A DNA stretch of 64,000 bases from Candidatus Nomurabacteria bacterium. GTDB taxonomy: Bacteria; Patescibacteriota; Minisyncoccia; Phycocordibacterales; UBA9973. Of the stretch, positions 29,206 through 36,795 are shown piece after piece (within the stretch, counting starts at the first letter, position 1; each line of letters starts with the position of its first letter). The notes beneath the pieces were generated by a model, which was given only the letters and a program-made list of their open reading frames with translations, ran no database searches and was not told the DNA's origin. The stretch spans positions 12,866 to 76,865 of the forward strand of contig CAWJHU010000001.1 of assembly GCA_963842815.1 (NCBI GenBank), written 5' to 3'. Position numbers and translations under genes: made by a program.

Positions 29206-30780
29206 ATGTCATTAGTATCAATACCAGAAGCATCAAAATGGGCATCAGATTTTCTTGAAAAAGAAATTTTACCGACAAATATTTCTTATCTTGTTCAATA
29301 TGGAAAAGTAAAAAAACATGGAGAAAATGGCTCCACAATGATTGATTTAAGAGACTTGAAAAAATACTATGATACATATAATGGCAAGCGAGAAGTAAGT
29401 TGGAAAAAAAGTTTAGGTAATGACTTAAACTGGACACTCTCTTTTGATAATTTACGAGAGAAAGATACAACCAAACATGTTCACCGTCTCCATCCATATA
29501 AAGGGAAATATATTCCTCAACTTGTTGAATATTTTATTGATAGTCATACTGATGATTTCAAAAAAGAAGTTTATTTCAAAACTGGAGATATTGTTCTTGA
29601 TCCATTCTTGGGGTCAGGGACAACAATTATTCAATCTTTAGAAATGGGAATTCATTCTGTCGGTATAGATGTTTCTGAATTTAATTGTATGATTTCGAGC
29701 TGTAAGGCTACTCTTTATAACGATGAATATTTACAAAAAGCTATAAAAAGATTAATAGCCTCACTTGATACTTTTGAGCATGACAACAAAATTCAAGATT
29801 TTGAAACTGAACTTTTAGCTGAGCTTGCCAAGTTTAATCTAGTTAATTTTCCAGGATATGATTTTAAATATAAAATTAATCAGGGAAGCTTTAATGAAAG
29901 TAAATTTGCCATTGAAAGAGAAAAAGAATTTTTACTAATTTATCAAAAATTACTTAAAAAATATTCAATAAAAATAAAACAAGATAAAACATCGTCTTTT
30001 CTTGATATGTGGTTTGTAGAAAATGTACGTCGTGAGATTGACCATGTTTTTGAAACAATAAAGCAAGAAAAAGATATAAAAACAAAAAAGATTCTCGCAC
30101 TTATTTTAAGTAGAACGATAAGATCATGCCGAGCTACTACTCATAGTGATTTAGCAACTCTTAAAGAACCACAAATTACGACTTATTATTGTTATAAACA
30201 TAAAAAAATTTGTAAACCTATTTTTTCAATATCAAGTATGCTTAATCGCTATGCCCTTGATACTTTAAATAGGATTAAGGAATTTAATAAATTACGCAAA
30301 CCAGTTCACTATTCAGTATTGGCTGGTGATTCAAGAACAATAAATATTTTTGAAAAAGTAGAAAAAAATAATCCAGAATTTTCAAAAATTCTTAAAAAAG
30401 AAAAAATAGCAGGTATTTTTTGTTCACCCCCTTACGTTGGTCAAATTGATTATCATGAACAACATGCTTATGCTTATGATCTTTTAGGGTTTAAAAGAAA
30501 AGATGAATTAGAGATAGGTCCTCTTTATAAAGGACAAGGGATAGAAGCTAGAAAATCTTATGTGGAAGGTATTTCGGACGTGTTAAATAATTGTAAAAAA
30601 TATCTAAAAAAAGATTTTGATATTTTTCTTGTGGCGAATGATAAATTTAATTTATACCCAGAAATTGCTAAAAATTCAGGTATGAAAATAGTAAATCAAT
30701 TTAAAAGACCAGTGTTAAATCGGACGGAAAGAGATCGAAACCCGTATTCCGAAATTATTTTTCATTTTAAATCAATTTAA
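29206..30780 (+). CDS. DNA N6-adenine/N4-cytosine methyltransferase (alpha-group order: motif I ... TRD ... motif IV)
   Basis: Motif I 'VLDPFLGSGTTI' and motif IV 'FCSPPYVG', with a long TRD between them. Confidence 0.75.
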   Translation: MSLVSIPEASKWASDFLEKEILPTNISYLVQYGKVKKHGENGSTMIDLRDLKKYYDTYNGKREVSWKKSLGNDLNWTLSFDNLREKDTTKHVHRLHPYKGKYIPQLVEYFIDSHTDDFKKEVYFKTGDIVLDPFLGSGTTIIQSLEMGIHSVGIDVSEFNCMISSCKATLYNDEYLQKAIKRLIASLDTFEHDNKIQDFETELLAELAKFNLVNFPGYDFKYKINQGSFNESKFAIEREKEFLLIYQKLLKKYSIKIKQDKTSSFLDMWFVENVRREIDHVFETIKQEKDIKTKKILALILSRTIRSCRATTHSDLATLKEPQITTYYCYKHKKICKPIFSISSMLNRYALDTLNRIKEFNKLRKPVHYSVLAGDSRTINIFEKVEKNNPEFSKILKKEKIAGIFCSPPYVGQIDYHEQHAYAYDLLGFKRKDELEIGPLYKGQGIEARKSYVEGISDVLNNCKKYLKKDFDIFLVANDKFNLYPEIAKNSGMKIVNQFKRPVLNRTERDRNPYSEIIFHFKSI

Positions 30781-30783
30781 TTT

Positions 30784-31566
30784 ATGGCTTTGTCTAAAGA
30801 ACAAATAAAGAATGTTGAGGATGTTTTAAAAGCAAGTTTACGTAATAAGTTTCAAAACTATAGTCCAGAACCAGCATCAATGCCTTTTCATACTAGATTA
30901 TTAGGAAAAGACAGACTCGCTTTGTATTCCTTTATTCATTCATTGAATACGAATTTTGGTACAAGTATTTTTGAGCCAGTAGGACTTGCTTTGGCACAAA
31001 AAAGTTTTAAATTAGCAACTTCACAAGCAACAGCAGGAGATCAAATTAGTGACGAAGCACAGAAAGAAATTCAAAAGATTATAGATGGTCTTAATACAGC
31101 AACAAGTTTGCCAAATAAAAAAGAAGAAATCGAAAGAATAAGAAAAGTTTGTCAAAAAGGACAAATGATAAAAGTTAAACCAACAAAAGTTGACTTAATG
31201 TTTGAATCAAAAGAAGGTGCATATTTTTTATTTGATATTAAAACAGCAAAACCAAATGCTGGTGGATTTAAAGAATTTAAACGCACACTTTTGGAGTGGG
31301 TTGCTGTAATTTTAGCTAAAAATCCAAATGCAGATGTGAATACTTTTATTGCTATTCCATATAATCCTTACGAGCCAGAGCCATATACTCGTTGGACAAT
31401 GCGTGGAATGCTTGATTTAGAAAACGAACTCAAGGTAGCAGATGAATTTTGGGATTTTCTTGGTGGTAAAAATACATATAAAGATTTACTTGATTGTTTT
31501 GAAAGAGTGGGCATTGAATTAAGAGAAGAAATTGATAATTATTTCAAACGTTTCAATAAAAAATAG
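30784..31566 (+). CDS. Putative type II restriction endonuclease (cognate to the adjacent methyltransferase)
   Basis: Immediately downstream of the MTase and roughly 260 aa. The family is not confidently recognised. Confidence 0.45.
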   Translation: MALSKEQIKNVEDVLKASLRNKFQNYSPEPASMPFHTRLLGKDRLALYSFIHSLNTNFGTSIFEPVGLALAQKSFKLATSQATAGDQISDEAQKEIQKIIDGLNTATSLPNKKEEIERIRKVCQKGQMIKVKPTKVDLMFESKEGAYFLFDIKTAKPNAGGFKEFKRTLLEWVAVILAKNPNADVNTFIAIPYNPYEPEPYTRWTMRGMLDLENELKVADEFWDFLGGKNTYKDLLDCFERVGIELREEIDNYFKRFNKK

Positions 31567-31587
31567 CCCGCATTCCTCCCCAAACCC

Positions 31588-31816
31588 CTCCTGCGGGCAG
31601 AATTTGAAATCTCGCCAAAAGACACAGCCGAGGAAAATGGAAATCCTAATCCCCAAAATATTTGTTTCCATTTTCCGAGTCCATTTGAATTAGCATATTA
31701 GCCGAGCGTAGTGGATATATTAAAATTAAGAATAACGTCGAGCGTACACATTAGCTTTAATCATTTGGATTTAGCTCGAAATAGTTTCGAACTTTGTCCA
31801 ACATACACCGCAAATT
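31588..31816. repeat. Right arm of the ~228-bp inverted repeat (partner at 23163-23390)
   Basis: See the left arm. Confidence 0.9.
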
Positions 31817-31832
31817 CTGGGTTAGAGCATTC

Positions 31833-31927
31833 CCGCCAAAAAATGCGTCGGCGCGAAGCGCCGACGATGTGGGCGAATCCGCACCAAACCCAAACCCCGC
31901 CAGGATTTTCCACGCTCCGCGTGGCTC
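31833..31927. repeat. Left arm of the ~95-bp inverted repeat flanking the recombinase gene (partner at 33365-33459)
   Basis: The reverse complement of 31833-31927 is about 90% identical to 33365-33459. Both arms translate to a similar EPRGAWKILAGFGFG...SSALRADAFFGG peptide. Confidence 0.85.
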
Positions 31928-31960
31928 CTCGTTGCCAATGCAAAACACAAGTCGGTAATA

Positions 31961-33535
31961 TTGAACATCATGAATAATCAAACCAAAAAGTTTTTCATAT
32001 ATACTCGCAAGTCCACAGACGACAAAGACAGACAAGTCCGCAGTATTTCCGATCAACTTTCTGAATTAAAGGAATTAGCATTGAAAGGACAAATTGATGT
32101 TGTGGATGTCTTTGTCGAAAAACAGACAGCCAAAATACCAGGCCGTCCTGTTTTTAACGAAATGATGGAGAGAATGGAGAAAGGCGAAGCACAAGGTATT
32201 TTGGCGTGGCATCCGGACAGACTTGCGAGAAACTCGGTAGATGGCGGAAAGATCATCTACCTCGTTGATACAGGGATAATAAAAGATTTGAAATTCTCAA
32301 CTTTTTGGTTTGACCCCACACCGCAAGGAAAGTTCATGCTATCGATAGCATTTTCGCAATCCAAGTATTATGTGGACAATTTGTCGGAGAATATTAAGCG
32401 AGGACACAGGAACAAACTAAAAGAAGGAATATGGCCTCGAAACGCTCCCATGGGATATTTGAATGATAGCGAGAAAAAAATTATCATTCCTGACCCAGAA
32501 CGCGCTCCATATATCAAGAAAGCGTTCGAGGCATATGCAAGCGGTAAATATACTCTCCGACAAATTAGAGATATGATAACCGGACTTGGATTGCGCTCAA
32601 TGAAAAGTGAAGAACTTTCCGTCTCCGTCATGCACGAAATATTAAGAAATCCAATTTTCTGCGGACTTATGCGGTATGGGGGTGAAATACACGAGGGTAA
32701 ACATGAACCGATTATCACAAAGAAACTTTTTGACCAATGTCAGGAAGTGATGATGCGAAAATCAAAACCAAAAGAAACAGGTTTCAAAACATATTTATAC
32801 CGAGGATTTTTCCGTTGCGGAGAATGTGGTTGCTTCATTACTACAGAAACACAAAAAGGTCATAATTACCTCCGTTGTACTAAACGGAAAAATCCTTGTG
32901 CTCAAAAATATGTTCGTGAAGAAATCATCACTTCCCAGATTAAGGAAAATATACAAAAAATTTCTTTGCCGCTCGATTGGGCAAAATGGATGATTGAAGA
33001 AAACAAAAAGGATCAATCATCCGAAATCCAATCGAGCGAGATTTTTTCTCAATCGACCAAAGACGAAATTTCTCTTTTGGATTCTAAAATCGAGAAGCTG
33101 ATGAATGCGTATTTAGAGAACGCACTTTCACTAGAGGAATACAAGGAAAGTAAAAGTGCGTTAGTTAGCTCTAAACAGCTTCTCAAAGAGAAATTATTAA
33201 GTTTTGAGAAAAAATCTCATAATCGGTTCGAACTTACGGAAAAATTCCTAAAGGACAATATTACCAACGTGGAATTGGCAAACAAAAAAACAAATGAAGA
33301 AAATCTTCATTTGTTCCAAAAAGTCGGTTCGAACTTTAAAATTCATAATCGAACCGTACTTTTTGAGCCACGCGGAGCGTGGAAAATCTTGGCGGGATTT
33401 GGGTTTGGCGGGAATTCAGCCCAATCATCGGCGCTTCGCGCCGACGCATTTTTTGGCGGGGGTATTGATTTCAAATTGTTGCGGAGCCGGGCGGATTCGA
33501 ACCGCCGAGGGGTTTTGAAGCCCCTGCCTCTTTAG
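31961..33535 (+). CDS. Large serine recombinase (resolvase catalytic domain + recombinase domain + zinc ribbon)
   Basis: N-terminal 'FFIYTRKSTDDKDRQ..SISDQ' with the catalytic Ser, 'LAWHPDRLARN', and the zinc ribbon 'CGECGCF...LRCTKRK'. The last ~55 codons read through the inverted-repeat arm and antisense into tRNA-Ser. Confidence 0.85.
   Translation: MNIMNNQTKKFFIYTRKSTDDKDRQVRSISDQLSELKELALKGQIDVVDVFVEKQTAKIPGRPVFNEMMERMEKGEAQGILAWHPDRLARNSVDGGKIIYLVDTGIIKDLKFSTFWFDPTPQGKFMLSIAFSQSKYYVDNLSENIKRGHRNKLKEGIWPRNAPMGYLNDSEKKIIIPDPERAPYIKKAFEAYASGKYTLRQIRDMITGLGLRSMKSEELSVSVMHEILRNPIFCGLMRYGGEIHEGKHEPIITKKLFDQCQEVMMRKSKPKETGFKTYLYRGFFRCGECGCFITTETQKGHNYLRCTKRKNPCAQKYVREEIITSQIKENIQKISLPLDWAKWMIEENKKDQSSEIQSSEIFSQSTKDEISLLDSKIEKLMNAYLENALSLEEYKESKSALVSSKQLLKEKLLSFEKKSHNRFELTEKFLKDNITNVELANKKTNEENLHLFQKVGSNFKIHNRTVLFEPRGAWKILAGFGFGGNSAQSSALRADAFFGGGIDFKLLRSRADSNRRGVLKPLPL
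33365..33459. repeat. Right arm of the ~95-bp inverted repeat (inside the 3' end of the recombinase ORF)
   Basis: See 31833-31927. Confidence 0.85.
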
Positions 33536-33570
33536 CAAAGAGGTACGTTAGACCGCTCTGACACGGCTCC
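33482..33570 (-). tRNA. tRNA-Ser (anticodon GCU), type II
   Basis: Acceptor GGAGCCG/CGGCTCC, anticodon stem CCTCT/AGAGG with loop TTGCTAA, long variable arm, T-arm GGCGG-TTCGAAT-CCGCC. Confidence 0.8.
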
Positions 33571-33675
33571 GTTTTACTCAATTACTCTAACATATTCTTA
33601 ATATTTTTCCATTCCCGCCTGCAACGTTATGCATAGCATTGTGGACAGGTTTTCTGCTATACTTTCTGCATAATT

Positions 33676-33762
33676 TTGGAGAGATGGGTGAGCGGTTTAA
33701 ACCAACAGTTTACTAAACTGTCGTCCCCTTAAAAGGACCGCGAGTTCGAATCTCGCTCTCTC
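33676..33762 (+). tRNA. Type II (Ser-like) tRNA with an apparent anticodon ACU (atypical); possibly a variant or pseudo tRNA-Ser
   Basis: Acceptor GGAGAGA/TCTCTCC, 3-bp D stem, anticodon stem ACAGT/ACTGT with loop TTACTAA (U33, A34-C35-U36), long variable arm, T-arm GCGAG-TTCGAAT-CTCGC. Confidence 0.55.
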
Positions 33763-33765
33763 CGC

Positions 33766-35946
33766 ATGGAATTATCCGACAAACTTGAAACAAAATTTCG
33801 TCTGGATGAAAAGCAAAAAAGAGCTTTGCGCAAACTCAATCTTTTTTCCGTGCATGATTTGCTTTTTCACTTCCCTGTCCGCTACAGCGACATAAGTGAG
33901 ATAAAACAAATAGCGGAACTGGTGCCGGGAGAAATAGCCACAGTTTTCGGCAAAATTTCAAAATTAAAAACAAAAAAAGGTTATCGTTCAAAAATTCCCA
34001 TGGGCGAAGCGCAGATAGAAGATTTATCCGGAAAAATAAAAATTACTTGGTTTCATCAGGCATACTTGGCCAAAATGATTCACGAAGGTGAAAATGTAAA
34101 ACTTACCGGCAAGGTGACGGAAAGTAAATATGGCACATATCTGGCAAATCCGGAATTTGAAAAAACTTCAAACATGCCCATAGATTCGCAGGATACTCTG
34201 TTTACCAAAGATGGCGCGGATAATACAGGATATTCTTTTCCCATTTATCGCGAAACCAGAGGCATAACTTCCAAGTGGTTTTATCACGCCATAGAAAAAA
34301 TACTACGAGATAAAACTCTGGATAAAATAGAAGATTATATTCCGGCTGATATTTTGAAAAAATATAATTTGCCGACGCTGAAAACTTCTTTGATTTGGAT
34401 TCACAAACCGAAAAACGCGCGGAACGCAGAATCCGCGCGGAAAAGATTCGCTTTTGAAGAAGTTTTTTGCATCCAACTGGAACGCCAGCATGATAAATTT
34501 GAATACAAAAAAAATAAATCTTTTCAAATAAAAAATGATGAAAAAGAAAAAGAAGAATTTATAAAACGTTTCCCTTTCATCCCGACCACTTCTCAAAAAA
34601 AATCAATTGAAACGATTTTGGACGATATGGGAAAAAATTTTCCTATGTCCAGACTTTTGGAAGGCGATGTTGGAAGCGGAAAGACAGCGGTTGCTGCGAC
34701 AGCCGCCTATGCTGTGGTAAAACAAAGACCCTTCGACTATGCTCAGGGCAAGCCCCAAACTTTTGGGAATCTGCAAGTGGCTTATATGGCGCCGACGGAA
34801 ATTCTAGCCGCCCAGCATTTTGAATCTTTTATCCAATATTTTAGACATCTACCAATCAATATTGGGCTCATAACCGGCTCCGGTTGCCGTAAATTCCCCT
34901 CTAAAGTAAATCCTTTGGGTTGGACCGATATATCAAGGGCACAACTTCTGAAATGGACAGCAGAGGGAATTATCCCAATTTTAATCGGCACCCATGCTCT
35001 TATTCAAAAAACCGTTAAATTTAAAAATTTGGCTTTTGTGGTAATAGATGAACAGCATCGTTTCGGTACGGCCCAGAGAAGAAAATTGGTTCGCAAAGAC
35101 AATATCGCTCCGCATTTGCTTTCCATGACCGCCACGCCTATTCCCCGCACCTTAGCTTTGACAATTTACGGCGATTTGGATTTATCTTTGTTAAATGAAA
35201 TGCCGGCCGGCAGAAAAGAAATCATTACCGAAATTATCACGCCAAATAAACGCAATGAGACTTACGAAAAAGTCAGAGAAGAATTAAAAAATGGCAGACA
35301 GCTTTATGTTATCTGCCCAAGAATAAATGAGCCTGACCCGGAAAAAGAAATGGCCGTCCAAGCCAAGTCTGCCGTGGCCGAAGCGAAGCGTTTGAAAAAA
35401 GAAATTTTTAGAGAATATGAAATTGGCGTGCTCCATTCAAAAATGAGCAAGCAGAAAAAAGAAGAAGTGATGCAAGAATTTGTCAGTGGAAAAATAAATA
35501 TTCTTTGCGCCACATCCGTGGTAGAAGTCGGGGTAAATGTTCCAAATGCAACTATGATAATTATTGAGGGTGCAGAAAGATTTGGTCTTGCCCAACTCCA
35601 TCAGCTTCGTGGACGGGTAATCAGAAGCAATTATCAAGCTTATTGTTATGTTTTTGCCGATGCCAAAAGCGATAAAACAATCCAAAGATTAAAAGCGCTA
35701 AAAACCGCCAAGAATGGTTTTGAATTGGCGGAATTGGACCTCACCCTGCGGGGTTCCGGCGAACTTGGAGGGACAAAACAATGGGGCATTTCCGACCTGG
35801 GAATGGAAGCCATAAAAAATCTAAAAATGGTAGAAGCCGCCCGCACCGAAGCCATCCGCCTGATAACTGACGACCCAGAACTTTTAAAATACCCATTATT
35901 GAAAAACAAAGTAAGAGAGAAGGTAAAAGAATTCCACTTCGAATAA
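33766..35946 (+). CDS. recG: ATP-dependent DNA helicase RecG
   Basis: 726 aa with an N-terminal wedge/OB region, helicase motifs 'GDVGSGKT' and 'DEQHRFG', and a C-terminal helicase domain with 'QLRGRVIRS'. Confidence 0.85.
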   Translation: MELSDKLETKFRLDEKQKRALRKLNLFSVHDLLFHFPVRYSDISEIKQIAELVPGEIATVFGKISKLKTKKGYRSKIPMGEAQIEDLSGKIKITWFHQAYLAKMIHEGENVKLTGKVTESKYGTYLANPEFEKTSNMPIDSQDTLFTKDGADNTGYSFPIYRETRGITSKWFYHAIEKILRDKTLDKIEDYIPADILKKYNLPTLKTSLIWIHKPKNARNAESARKRFAFEEVFCIQLERQHDKFEYKKNKSFQIKNDEKEKEEFIKRFPFIPTTSQKKSIETILDDMGKNFPMSRLLEGDVGSGKTAVAATAAYAVVKQRPFDYAQGKPQTFGNLQVAYMAPTEILAAQHFESFIQYFRHLPINIGLITGSGCRKFPSKVNPLGWTDISRAQLLKWTAEGIIPILIGTHALIQKTVKFKNLAFVVIDEQHRFGTAQRRKLVRKDNIAPHLLSMTATPIPRTLALTIYGDLDLSLLNEMPAGRKEIITEIITPNKRNETYEKVREELKNGRQLYVICPRINEPDPEKEMAVQAKSAVAEAKRLKKEIFREYEIGVLHSKMSKQKKEEVMQEFVSGKINILCATSVVEVGVNVPNATMIIIEGAERFGLAQLHQLRGRVIRSNYQAYCYVFADAKSDKTIQRLKALKTAKNGFELAELDLTLRGSGELGGTKQWGISDLGMEAIKNLKMVEAARTEAIRLITDDPELLKYPLLKNKVREKVKEFHFE

Positions 35947-35974
35947 AAAGCTGGAGAATTTCATTTCGAGTAAG

Positions 35975-36367
35975 CTATTTTAAGAATCCATAAAATGGGT
36001 TAGCATCAAACTCGCGATAATCAATCGTAAGTTCTTCTCCGGCCTGAATGTCACGCGCAGCAACATTTGCAGTATCTTCATCTTCTGGATCTTTTACACA
36101 AGAGGTGTTTGGGGTATTCGAGTGATTAAAAAACCTAGCATCATCAGTACAAAGTACATAATTTAATGTTTTTGGATTTTGATATGCGTAACGCATAAAA
36201 TAACTTTTTGCAGGTTCTTGAAGTTTATCAGGATATTCTTTGCCGACACGCATGTCAAACTCTTTTTTAAACTTCCAAATATATGCTCCTTTTGGAATAA
36301 ATCCATCAGCAAACAATCCAATACCATCAATTTTACTTGGCGCTATTTTAGTTTTAATTAAAAGCAT
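35975..36367 (-). CDS. SET-domain protein (putative lysine methyltransferase)
   Basis: 'FFNHSNTPNTSC' (NHSxxPN) and the post-SET 'GEELTIDY', at 130 aa. Confidence 0.65.
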   Translation of the reverse strand: MLLIKTKIAPSKIDGIGLFADGFIPKGAYIWKFKKEFDMRVGKEYPDKLQEPAKSYFMRYAYQNPKTLNYVLCTDDARFFNHSNTPNTSCVKDPEDEDTANVAARDIQAGEELTIDYREFDANPFYGFLK

Positions 36368-36470
36368 AAAATTTTATATAACATAACTAAAATCTTTTTG
36401 TCCGTCCTCTAGGACTCCCCGCCAGCAACGCCTAAAGCGTAGCTTTTGCGGGCTGGGAACCTAGGACTTG

Positions 36471-36543
36471 TGGGCGTGGAGGGATTCGGACCCCCGGCCA
36501 TTCGTGTATAAGACGAACGCTCTACCAACTGAGCTACACGCCC
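36471..36543 (-). tRNA. tRNA-Ile with anticodon UAU (AUA-decoding)
   Basis: Acceptor GGGCGTG/CACGCCC, D-arm GCTC-AGTTGGTA-GAGC, anticodon stem TTCGT/ACGAA with loop CTTATAC (anticodon TAT), 5-nt variable loop, and a T-arm. Confidence 0.7.
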
Positions 36544-36548
36544 AAGAA

Positions 36549-36785
36549 TCATATTCTTCTTTTTAAATATGCCCTACCAAAACCTGTTTTTAAAGCTTTC
36601 TCTCTTTGTAAGGCCTTCTGTTTACTGCAACAAGCTTCATAATACACTAATTCCAAAGGGCGTCTATCCCGCGTTATTTTAACAAGTCCCTTACTGTGTT
36701 CTATAAAACGTTTCTTTAAATCTTCTGAAAAACCTGTGTAAAATTTATTATCCTTTTTACTTTTTAAAACATAAGTGTAAAACAT
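36549..36785 (-). CDS. Small GIY-YIG nuclease-family protein
   Basis: 'MFYTYVLKS...KFYTGFSEDLKKRFIEHSKG' GIY-YIG motif. The start was chosen at the Met that avoids overlap with ftsH. Confidence 0.6.
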   Translation of the reverse strand: MFYTYVLKSKKDNKFYTGFSEDLKKRFIEHSKGLVKITRDRRPLELVYYEACCSKQKALQREKALKTGFGRAYLKRRI

Positions 36786-36795
36786 AACTAATGTT

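Larger units (their letters stand above)
23163..33570. mobile_element. Putative ~10.4-kb integrative/invertible element: inverted-repeat-bounded 8.4-kb cargo (zur-znuABC, LexA-like module, R-M pair) + inverted-repeat-flanked large serine recombinase, abutting tRNA-Ser(GCU)
   Basis: Nested long inverted repeats, a recombinase ORF overlapping the tRNA 3' end, an accessory-type cargo (restriction-modification system, repressor, metal uptake), and interruption of an otherwise housekeeping context. Confidence 0.5.

Noticed and set aside
31711-32056. ORFs 31711-31977 (+) and 31757-32056 (-) as genes
   Set aside because: They are translations of the inverted-repeat arms. The shared 'EPRGAWKILAGFGFG' peptide arises only because the ~95-bp inverted repeat is also present in the recombinase 3' end.
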